Virus record (IMG/VR): IMGVR_UViG_3300028610_000686
Span: 1-58,172 of that record
DNA: 58,172 nucleotides
Direction: 5' to 3' (one strand)
Source of the DNA: a virus
Taxonomy: Duplodnaviria; Caudoviricetes
The first letter of the stretch is position 1. Every line of letters begins with the position of its first letter. Shown piece by piece: positions 50,507 through 57,591 of the stretch. The notes beneath the pieces were generated by a model. That model had not been told where the DNA came from. It saw only the letters and a list, made by a program, of their open reading frames with translations, and ran no database searches. The position numbers and the translations under genes are program-made.

Positions 50507-51352
50507 ATGAGCGAAGAAAAAGCACTGGTAACAAGTCACAAGAGTTTGCAAAATGTCAACGAATTTACTGCAAATGACATCAAAAAATATATCTGTCCAA
50601 CGGCGACAGAAAAAGAGTTTTTCGAATTCTGTCAGATCGTGAAAGCAAGAAACCTTAATCCGTTTCTTAAAGAGGTTCATTTTGTAAAATACGGCAACAA
50701 TCCCGGTGAAGTTGTCGTTGGAAAAGACGCAATCATTAAACGAGCAAAAAAAGTTGAAGGATACAAGGGTTTTAAGTCTGGGTGGTTTAATGAAACGGGC
50801 GAAAAACTTGAATTCCCAATTGGCAAAATTCACGGCGCTTGGTGTGAGGTTTACGCGGAAAACAAAGAAACGTTGTTTGTCCCGGTTCTAATGACAGAAT
50901 ATACTAGCGGAAAAGCCACTTGGAAAACAAAACCAGCGACAATGATCAGGAAAGTTGCAGTCGTACAAGCTCATAGGGAATTTGCACCGGAGGAGACCGG
51001 CGGACTTTATGAGGAAGAAGAATTGAGCCAAGGCGGGTATGACAACGAAGAAATTGCAATTGTAAAACTTGTTTCATGTGATAATTTGATCGAACTGGAA
51101 AGGCTCTGTGTTCAATACAAAGATGACCATGGGAGCGGTACAACCGGTTGGGCTTCTGAAACCTGGAAAAATGTCACAACGGTAATGAAAAACGTTAAGG
51201 CAGATCTTGACAAGCAATTTGCTAATAATTTTGAGCAACCGGAAGAGAAATCAACAGAGCAGAAATCGGAAGAACAGCCGCAGCAAACTGAGCCGACAAA
51301 AGAAGAACAAGTAAAAAAAGAACCACCAATGCAAGACGGGCCGGGGTTTTGA
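50507..51352 (+). CDS. Single-strand annealing recombinase (Bet/RecT family)
   Basis: ICPTATEKEF..NLNPFLKEVHFVKY, VVGKD, GAWCEVY, WKTKPATMIRKVAVVQAHREF, GLYEEEE. Confidence 0.88.
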   Translation: MSEEKALVTSHKSLQNVNEFTANDIKKYICPTATEKEFFEFCQIVKARNLNPFLKEVHFVKYGNNPGEVVVGKDAIIKRAKKVEGYKGFKSGWFNETGEKLEFPIGKIHGAWCEVYAENKETLFVPVLMTEYTSGKATWKTKPATMIRKVAVVQAHREFAPEETGGLYEEEELSQGGYDNEEIAIVKLVSCDNLIELERLCVQYKDDHGSGTTGWASETWKNVTTVMKNVKADLDKQFANNFEQPEEKSTEQKSEEQPQQTEPTKEEQVKKEPPMQDGPGF

Positions 51353-51353
51353 T

Positions 51354-51677
51354 ATGAAATATAAAAAAGAACAAATCAAAGAGGTTTTAAATCATGACTG
51401 TTTTAATAAAGCCCAATATTTTGGGGGCATGTTTTGGGAGTTTTTAGCTGGATGTCTAAAAGAATTATGGAAGGAAGGTGAGTGTTTTTCCGGTAAACGT
51501 CCAATTTGCGATTCGGGATGGGAATATATAGCAGGAGAAGCACTGGCAATATTAGAGCCAAAGATAGGTTATTATGATAAAGAGGATGGGTGTTTTATTG
51601 TTGATGACAATGAACTTTATTTAAAAACTTTTGATTGGCTCATAAATTATATTTTTAAGCAGGTCGTGAAACAATGA
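51354..51677 (+). CDS. Hypothetical protein
   Basis: LWKEGECFSGKRPICDSGWEY conserved phage motif. Confidence 0.65.
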   Translation: MKYKKEQIKEVLNHDCFNKAQYFGGMFWEFLAGCLKELWKEGECFSGKRPICDSGWEYIAGEALAILEPKIGYYDKEDGCFIVDDNELYLKTFDWLINYIFKQVVKQ

Positions 51678-52342
51678 AAATTCAGACTTTCGCCAGCGGG
51701 TCAAAAGGTAATTTACATCTGGTAGAGATAGCAGATAAAAAAATCCTAATCGAAGCCGGTTTACCAATCAGTAAAATAATGGAACATCTTGAATACGATA
51801 TAAACATTGATGCTTGTTTGATTTCACATTATCACAAGGACCACGCAAAAAGTGCCGGAAAGCTGATGCAGGCCGCTATTGACGTGTATTGCTCAGATGG
51901 CACAGCCGATAAAATAGACCACTCATGCTATCGGCTTAAACGCGTCAAAGAGCGATTCAAGATCGGTGATATTGATGTATTCACATTCCGAACGGACCAC
52001 GACACAGAAGGCTCAATTGGATTTTTAATTTCTCATGGATCAGAGCGACTAATGTTCGCAACAGACACGGGCAACATGCCTTACAAGTTTCCGGGAATGA
52101 CTCACGTCATGATCGAGTGCAATTATAGTGAAGAAAGAATAAAAGACTTGGAGCCAAAAGAGATTGGTCGAGTCCGAAAGACGCACATGGGATTAGAAGA
52201 CTGCAAACGATTTTTAAACTCTAATGACCTGTCAAAATTAAAAGAGTTGCATCTAGTGCATTTGTCAGACCGCAATAGTGATCCTGAATTGTTTAAAAAA
52301 GAATGCCAAAAAATATGTGGGGTTCCCGTGTTTATTTCTTGA
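51674..52342 (+). CDS. MBL-fold metallo-hydrolase
   Basis: ASGSKGN, SHYHKDH, HD, FATDT, IECNY, LVHLSDRN. Confidence 0.9.
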   Translation: MKIQTFASGSKGNLHLVEIADKKILIEAGLPISKIMEHLEYDINIDACLISHYHKDHAKSAGKLMQAAIDVYCSDGTADKIDHSCYRLKRVKERFKIGDIDVFTFRTDHDTEGSIGFLISHGSERLMFATDTGNMPYKFPGMTHVMIECNYSEERIKDLEPKEIGRVRKTHMGLEDCKRFLNSNDLSKLKELHLVHLSDRNSDPELFKKECQKICGVPVFIS

Positions 52343-52368
52343 CAAATTAGATAAGAGTAGGTAATAGT

Positions 52369-52560
52369 ATGGCTATGATTAAACAAAATTACAGCATAAG
52401 TAAAGAACAAGACGAAGAGCTACGAGCGTACTGCAAGGATACAGGTTTAAAAATGTCAACAGTCGTCCAAATTAGCCTAAATATGTACTTTGCCGCCGCT
52501 AAATTCAAAAAAAAGAAAAATGAAACTGATAAAAAAAACAGGACTAAAAAAAATAATTAA
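52369..52560 (+). CDS. RHH/CopG-like small regulator
   Basis: KQNYSISKEQDEELRAYCKDTGLKMSTVVQISL; TTGACA at 52339. Confidence 0.6.
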   Translation: MAMIKQNYSISKEQDEELRAYCKDTGLKMSTVVQISLNMYFAAAKFKKKKNETDKKNRTKKNN

Positions 52561-53089
52561 TTCGTATTCTTATTGTGGGATGTTTGTATGTACTTTTTGT
52601 AGTTCCGAAGTGGAAAAAACTATCAGTAATGGCAAAAAATCAAAATCGTGTGGATGTAGAAAAGGAAGTATTACACATGGATTATCCAAAACTAGAATTT
52701 ATAGTGTTTGGCGTGATATTAAACGTAGATGTTATGACCCTAGTGTAAAAGCTTATAAAAATTACGGCGAAAGGGGGATACAAGTTTGTGATGAATGGAT
52801 GAATTTTATCGTTTTTTATAAATGGTGCTTGTCTAATGGATATGACGGGAAATTAGAAATAGATAGAATTGATAATAATAAAAATTATAATCCTGAAAAT
52901 TGCAGATTTGTAACTAAAACAATTAATCTGAGAAATTCAAGGGCGACAAAATTAAACTGGGAAAAAGTAAATGAAATAAGGTCAATATATATTAATAAAA
53001 AATTAACTCAAGTTGAAATAGGTAAAATATTTAATGTTAGTCAGGTCCAGATAGGCAGGATAGTAAATAATCAATCATGGGAATCTTGA
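52520..53089 (+). CDS. HNH-type homing-endonuclease-like protein with C-terminal HTH
   Basis: KSCGC, THGLSKTRIYSVW, YGERGIQVCDEW, IDRIDNNKNYNPENCRF, TQVEIGKIFNVSQ. Confidence 0.8.
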   Translation: MKLIKKTGLKKIINSYSYCGMFVCTFCSSEVEKTISNGKKSKSCGCRKGSITHGLSKTRIYSVWRDIKRRCYDPSVKAYKNYGERGIQVCDEWMNFIVFYKWCLSNGYDGKLEIDRIDNNKNYNPENCRFVTKTINLRNSRATKLNWEKVNEIRSIYINKKLTQVEIGKIFNVSQVQIGRIVNNQSWES

Positions 53090-53129
53090 CCATGGGTCTT
53101 AATTCAAACGCATAAAATCAGGGGATATT

Positions 53130-53621
53130 ATGTCAAATTTCATCGATTTCAAAGAAGCAGTTCAACGGCAATTAACCAGGATGATTAAAACGGGACTACT
53201 TGTTACTGACGTTGATAAAGATATTATGTGGAAAACGTATTTGGAAAGTTTCCCTGAAGGAACGAACAAGATTTTCGGAAAACGGCGTGAATACGACTGC
53301 CAATGCTGTAAACATTTTGTCAGAACATTTGGGAATATAGTGACGATTACAGACGCAAAAGTTGTGTCGATTTGGGATTGTCAACCTGGTGGTTATTTTC
53401 AATATGTATCTAAGGCAATGTCAAATCTTGTAAAAACAGCCACAATAAAAGATGGGTTTTTTAATCATGGGAAAGATCTTGGGACTGATTTCAATCATCA
53501 ACATGTTTCATATCCGGGAGCGGGACAGGGTGTTATAAAATTTGATCATTTTTATTTCAAGTTTCCTGAACCGGAAATAGTTTGGGAAAGATATCAATTG
53601 CATCCTAATTTCTTAAAATAG
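53130..53621 (+). CDS. Hypothetical phage protein, possibly a truncated N-terminal fragment of a larger family
   Basis: YLESFPEGTN, RREYDCQCCKHF, SIWD; stop codon overlaps tRNA-like element 2. Confidence 0.55.
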   Translation: MSNFIDFKEAVQRQLTRMIKTGLLVTDVDKDIMWKTYLESFPEGTNKIFGKRREYDCQCCKHFVRTFGNIVTITDAKVVSIWDCQPGGYFQYVSKAMSNLVKTATIKDGFFNHGKDLGTDFNHQHVSYPGAGQGVIKFDHFYFKFPEPEIVWERYQLHPNFLK

Positions 53622-53738
53622 CGGGGTGGTGCAACGGTAGACACGCTCATGAACTGAGTTGAAAAGATGGGTGCTAAAAGTTAGAGGTTAACCAACCCTA
53701 ATCAACTTTTCGTCCGGTCTCGATTCCCGGTCTCGCTA
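53620..53738 (+). ncRNA. tRNA-like RNA 2
   Basis: AGCGGGG/TCTCGCT acceptor; TG-GTG-CAACGGTAGA-CAC D-arm; CCGG-TCTCGATTC-CCGG T-arm; short CTCA/TGAG arm plus long extra arm. Confidence 0.55.
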
Positions 53739-53745
53739 CTAACAT

Positions 53746-53906
53746 CCAGGCAACCCGGTTGAATATTGATTCGCTCCGAGCCGCGTAAGCGGGAATTGAT
53801 ATTTTTGATAGAGCTGGGCTGCCTGGTTCCAACAGTGCGGTGAATTCATAATTTAAGATAACAGTTCATTTGAGCTAATCTTATTGGGGTTATCAGTTCA
53901 CCGCAT
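53746..53906 (+). ncRNA. Two long imperfect hairpins downstream of tRNA-like RNA 2
   Basis: CCAGGCAACCCGGTT/AGCTGGGCTGCCTGG and GTGCGGTGAATT/AGTTCACCGCAT. Confidence 0.45.
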
Positions 53907-53924
53907 TTAATTTATGGGGACATT

Positions 53925-54116
53925 ATGACAGGCGAATCAAAATTTTACGAATCTTTAGGAAAGTTGTCAGAAATAGCAAGACAACAAGGGTTAACCAATG
54001 AATTTGAAGAATTCAAGGAAACTATTCAAAAACTGATCAGTTTGCTTGACGAAGGATACGGAACAATTACTTTAGGAATGCAAGACTGGAAACATCGTAT
54101 TGGGTGGGATGAATAA
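53925..54116 (+). CDS. Hypothetical protein
   Basis: GGGG RBS. Confidence 0.55.
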   Translation: MTGESKFYESLGKLSEIARQQGLTNEFEEFKETIQKLISLLDEGYGTITLGMQDWKHRIGWDE

Positions 54117-54142
54117 CAATTGGCAAAGGAATGAAATCAACT

Positions 54143-54294
54143 AATGTTTTCTTTACACAACCTGCAAAGTTTTCATTACTGGTTAGCTTGTTTTGTTGAA
54201 TTGTTTAGTGTAAAGCTTTCTTTGCAGGTATACCCTGAAAGCCAACAAAATAGTCAAAAACCTTTCTTAATACTGGGTAAAGTTTTCTTTGCTG
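54143..54294. repeat. Iteron-like imperfect repeats AA(A/T)GYTTTC(T/A)TT(A/G)C
   Basis: Copies at about 54143, 54166, 54212, 54258 (degenerate) and 54279. Confidence 0.5.
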
Positions 54295-54315
54295 TTTATA
54301 TATAGCCATACAATA

Positions 54316-54735
54316 CTATTTTTTTCTCATGAACCCAATCTTACGAACAGATTTTTCTCTAGGTTTGATTTCAAAATCGTTTTTGCCGTACAGTTTCCAC
54401 ATTTCACTTAATTCGAATTTACTATAATCACCTTGGAGGCCACCACCTAAATGAGTTTGAATAATAAACCCATGTTCAATCAAATCTGTTAACGCTTTTG
54501 AGAAAACAGGTTTTGAAATACCCAATCTTTTATTTGCTTCTTTATAAGTGAAAGAAATGTGTTTATCAGGGTTTGGAATCCATCTCTCATTATTAAGTGA
54601 CTTTACTTTTACATACTCGGTTTTCAGGTGAAAATGAATCAAAACTTTAATACCTGTCTTATTCAATTCATTGAAAGCTTTTGAGTAAAACAATTCGCGA
54701 AAGAACCACAACTTACCGTTTGAATTATTGCCCAT
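54316..54735 (-). CDS. Winged-helix/replication-protein-like HTH protein
   Basis: SKAFNELNKTGIKVL, ISFTYKEA..LGISKPVFSKALTDLIEHGFI..GG, FELSEMW. Confidence 0.65.
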   Translation of the reverse strand: MGNNSNGKLWFFRELFYSKAFNELNKTGIKVLIHFHLKTEYVKVKSLNNERWIPNPDKHISFTYKEANKRLGISKPVFSKALTDLIEHGFIIQTHLGGGLQGDYSKFELSEMWKLYGKNDFEIKPREKSVRKIGFMRKK

Positions 54736-54826
54736 CTAACCTCTAATACTTGACTTATACGTCAAACATATGTATCTGTAGAGGTACAGACAAGGCCTGC
54801 GAAGTTTCGTCTATCCTCTATAAACT

Positions 54827-54847
54827 AGCCCCTTAATCGGGGCTTTT
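54827..54847. terminator. Intrinsic terminator-like hairpin
   Basis: AGCCCC-TTAATC-GGGGCT followed by TTT. Confidence 0.55.
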
Positions 54848-54853
54848 CACCTT

Positions 54854-55054
54854 TTATTTTCCCGCTAATTCATCCAAGCTGCATTCAAGAACTTCACTCA
54901 TTTTAATGAGAAGATCTACATTCGGCTTAGACACTCCTCTCTCATATTTACTCACCTGCCCTATTTTAATTCCAATTAATTTACCAAACTCAGGTTGAGT
55001 TAATCCTTTACGTTTCCTTAGTAATAGCAAATTTTCTTTAAATATCCCTTTCAT
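54854..55054 (-). CDS. XRE-family HTH regulator (repressor-like)
   Basis: FKENLLLLRKRKGLTQPEFGKLIG..VSKYERGVSKPN..LECSLDEL. Confidence 0.9.
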   Translation of the reverse strand: MKGIFKENLLLLRKRKGLTQPEFGKLIGIKIGQVSKYERGVSKPNVDLLIKMSEVLECSLDELAGK

Positions 55055-55122
55055 AATTACCTTTATAAATAATGTTGTTTATGTTATTGACAGTAACAGT
55101 TTGATTATTATAAAGTCAAGTT

Positions 55123-55166
55123 AAACTGAAATTACATAAGGGTAAAACTGAAATTACATAAGGGTA
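55123..55166 (+). repeat. 22-bp perfect tandem duplication AAACTGAAATTACATAAGGGTA x2
   Basis: Read directly; includes the RBS of the gene at 55170. Confidence 0.9.
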
Positions 55167-55169
55167 AAA

Positions 55170-56159
55170 ATGATAAACAAAATAAAACAACACATAAAAG
55201 ATTTCGACAAGTTGAATATAATATTTCTAACCAAATTTGGTTCCCATTTATACGGGACCGATTCGGAATCATCCGATATTGATATTAAAGGCGTATTTCT
55301 CCCGACGACTGAACAGTGCTTTCTAAACGAAATTCCAAAATCACTTTCTTATTCATCTGGAAAAGATGACTCGAAAAATTCCAGTGATGATATTGATATC
55401 GAACTGTACTCACTGCATTATTATCTCAAGTTGCTGCAAAAAGGGGATACCGGCGCAATCGATATGTTGCACGCTCCAATGGCTGTTATTATACAAACAA
55501 GCGAGTTATGGGAGCAATTACATGATGATAGGAGAGAATTCTATACTACAAATCTCAGCGCATTCGTTGGCTATTGCAGGACACAGGCGAGCAAGTACGG
55601 AATAAAAGGGAGTCGTCTGAGTGATGCTAAAAAAGTACTTGACTATTTAGAACCTTTTAAAGATGAAGAAAATTCTCGAAAATTATTTGAAATATGGGAT
55701 AGTTTACCAACTGGGGAACATATACATAAAATCCCATCTAATCCTGAATTGAGAATTGATCACCCCATGTATCAAGTCTGTGGTAGAAAACTGCAATCAA
55801 CCGTGCCAATTTGGAGGGCTTATGGGTGCATTAATCATTTTTATCAAGAATACGGCAAACGAGCCAAACTAGCAGCGGAGAACAAGGGGATTAACTGGAA
55901 AGCCGTTAGTCATGCAATTCGTTGTGCATTCGAAATGCACTCGATTTATTCACAGGGAGGTCTCACATTTCCATTACGCCAAGCAGATTATATCAAAATG
56001 GTGAAAAACGGCGAACGTGATTATAAAGCCGTTGCTGAGAATCTTGAAACATTAATGGATCAGGTTGAAAACCTGGCAGCAAATTCGAAATATCCTAAAA
56101 AAGTGGATATGAAAAAATGGAATGATTGGTTAATCGATATTTACAGAAATCATGAATAA
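55170..56159 (+). CDS. Pol-beta-superfamily nucleotidyltransferase (T4 NrdC.11/RlaP-like)
   Basis: FGSHLYGTDSESSDIDIKGVFLP, GYCRTQASKYGIKGSRL, NWKAVSHAIR. Confidence 0.85.
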   Translation: MINKIKQHIKDFDKLNIIFLTKFGSHLYGTDSESSDIDIKGVFLPTTEQCFLNEIPKSLSYSSGKDDSKNSSDDIDIELYSLHYYLKLLQKGDTGAIDMLHAPMAVIIQTSELWEQLHDDRREFYTTNLSAFVGYCRTQASKYGIKGSRLSDAKKVLDYLEPFKDEENSRKLFEIWDSLPTGEHIHKIPSNPELRIDHPMYQVCGRKLQSTVPIWRAYGCINHFYQEYGKRAKLAAENKGINWKAVSHAIRCAFEMHSIYSQGGLTFPLRQADYIKMVKNGERDYKAVAENLETLMDQVENLAANSKYPKKVDMKKWNDWLIDIYRNHE

Positions 56160-56409
56160 AAATCATCAATTCCCAATCCAAGGTATTATAAGCCTAGAGA
56201 GCGGTGATTATCTCTTCCGTGGTGATGTCTATGCAGACCAAAAATATTTTGCATGGATGATCGAGCATGACAATCTGACAGACCGCGTAAAATGTCACAA
56301 ATGGACGAAGCTACCAAGACCGAAAAAGAAGCTATTAAAAGGCGATGTTATTTTATTCAATGTTGATGATCCACCGCGAACGATTCCTTGGTTACCTATT
56401 TTGGATTAG
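56152..56409 (+). CDS. Hypothetical protein
   Basis: Overlaps the upstream stop. Confidence 0.5.
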   Translation: MNKNHQFPIQGIISLESGDYLFRGDVYADQKYFAWMIEHDNLTDRVKCHKWTKLPRPKKKLLKGDVILFNVDDPPRTIPWLPILD

Positions 56410-56557
56410 AAAGGAGAATTAAAAATGTGTATTTCAAATGTTGAGGCAACAGTTATCAGTTTGTTAATATTTCTATCACTTGTGTTTTTTCTGTGTGCTT
56501 TTTGGAAAATCTTTCAAAAAGTGATAAATGTAAAAACTTTCAGATGATGTTTTAATC

Positions 56558-56587
56558 TTGACATATTAAGAACATTATAAATATACT
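56558..56587 (+). promoter_or_regulatory. Promoter of the RHH / pentamer-array / RAMP operon
   Basis: TTGACA-18 nt-TATACT; the ATG follows 6 nt after the -10 box (leaderless-like). Confidence 0.6.
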
Positions 56588-56593
56588 ATAAAC

Positions 56594-56758
56594 ATGAAAA
56601 CAAAAACCATAATGGTCATGGTGACCGAGGATTTTAAAGAAAGGGTTCGAAAAGCTGCCAATCATGACAATAAAAGCTTGAGTGCTTATGTTATCGATTG
56701 CTTGCTTGTTGATCTCAAAAAACGAAAGGTTGAAAATATTAAATCTTTCAGTAAGTGA
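56594..56758 (+). CDS. Ribbon-helix-helix (Arc/CopG-like) regulator, 54 aa, below the ORF-track cutoff
   Basis: MKTKTIMVMVTEDFKERVRKAANHDNKSLSAYVIDCLLVDLKKRKVENIKSFSK. Confidence 0.7.
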   Translation: MKTKTIMVMVTEDFKERVRKAANHDNKSLSAYVIDCLLVDLKKRKVENIKSFSK

Positions 56759-56763
56759 AAACC

Positions 56764-56863
56764 GGCCAGGCAAGACGAGACATGGCGGGTCAAGGTGCGA
56801 CTTGGTCAGACTGAACCGGACAGGACAACGCACGATTCGACGAGTCAATTCAAGGCAAGATTT
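56764..56863 (+). ncRNA. Pentamer-periodic array 1 (17 x GDY-NN plus conserved tail), candidate guide RNA
   Basis: ggcca ggcaa gacga gacat ggcgg gtcaa ggtgc gactt ggtca gactg aaccg gacag gacaa cgcac gattc gacga gtcaa | ttcaaggcaagattt. Confidence 0.8.
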
Positions 56864-56886
56864 TTTAAACAATCAGGAGAAAAAAC

Positions 56887-57378
56887 ATGGATCAATCATT
56901 ATTTGAATTAAACGTTGATACACAAATCCTTTTTGATCGGCTTTCGACAATGAAAAAAGGTGATTTCATAGCTTACGAAACTTTGACTGATCTGATCAAA
57001 AAGAACGTTCAGATAGAAGGATATCGATATCTTTATACAGCCAGAAATATGATGCGCAAAATGCACGGCATTGTAATCGATGTAATCGAAAACGAAGGCT
57101 TAAGAGCTTTAACCGATGAAGAAAACATTGCATTGACCGGCAAAAGAGCTTTGAAAGGAATCCGTAACAAAGCGAAACTAGCAGCCTCGAAAATCACAAA
57201 GATTGATGATTTCAGCAAATTGAGCGATGAATCAAAAATCAAACACAATGCCCACCTTGGAATTTTCCAAATATTCATTGCAAACACCAGCAAGAAAAGG
57301 ATTGAAAAAGTTGAGAACAAGGTGGCTGAAACTGGTGAAAAATTGCCGATGAATGGTATTTTGGAATTGTTTAAGTGA
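56887..57378 (+). CDS. Unknown protein between pentamer arrays 1 and 2
   Basis: AGGAG RBS; 163 aa; array 2 starts 9 nt after the stop. Confidence 0.75.
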   Translation: MDQSLFELNVDTQILFDRLSTMKKGDFIAYETLTDLIKKNVQIEGYRYLYTARNMMRKMHGIVIDVIENEGLRALTDEENIALTGKRALKGIRNKAKLAASKITKIDDFSKLSDESKIKHNAHLGIFQIFIANTSKKRIEKVENKVAETGEKLPMNGILELFK

Positions 57379-57386
57379 TTATCCAG

Positions 57387-57455
57387 GGTGAGGCGTGGTT
57401 AGACAAGTCGTGATGAGTTGAGACAAGACGCGACAATTCAAGACAAGGATTAAAA
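57387..57455 (+). ncRNA. Pentamer-periodic array 2 (10 x GDY-NN plus conserved tail)
   Basis: ggtga ggcgt ggtta gacaa gtcgt gatga gttga gacaa gacgc gacaa | ttcaagacaaggattaaaa. Confidence 0.8.
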
Positions 57456-57482
57456 TGGGGGAAACTTATGATTTAAAAACAA

Positions 57483-57556
57483 GACGTGACCAGACCTGGA
57501 GAGACGCGGCATGATGGGATGCGGCAAGACGGGACAATTCAAGGCAAGGATTAAAA
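57483..57556 (+). ncRNA. Pentamer-periodic array 3 (11 x GRY-NN plus conserved tail)
   Basis: gacgt gacca gacct ggaga gacgc ggcat gatgg gatgc ggcaa gacgg gacaa | ttcaaggcaaggattaaaa. Confidence 0.8.
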
Positions 57557-57591
57557 CAAAACAATTCAAAACATTAAAATCAGGGGATTTT

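Noticed and set aside
44946-53738. Canonical decoding tRNA genes
   Set aside because: Neither element has a 5-bp stem with 7-nt anticodon loop or a standard TTCRA T-loop; reported as tRNA-like only.
56682-56906. ORFs 56682..56906 (+), 56552..56872 (-), 57450..57671 (-) and the 27-codon extension 57511..57591
   Set aside because: They run through the pentamer arrays or overlap better-supported genes and lack an RBS; likely shadow ORFs.
56764-57556. Canonical CRISPR array or simple microsatellite
   Set aside because: There is no 25-40 nt repeat with unique spacers and the pentamers are not identical copies. The structure is constant-triplet/variable-dinucleotide, and no cas1/cas2 is present.
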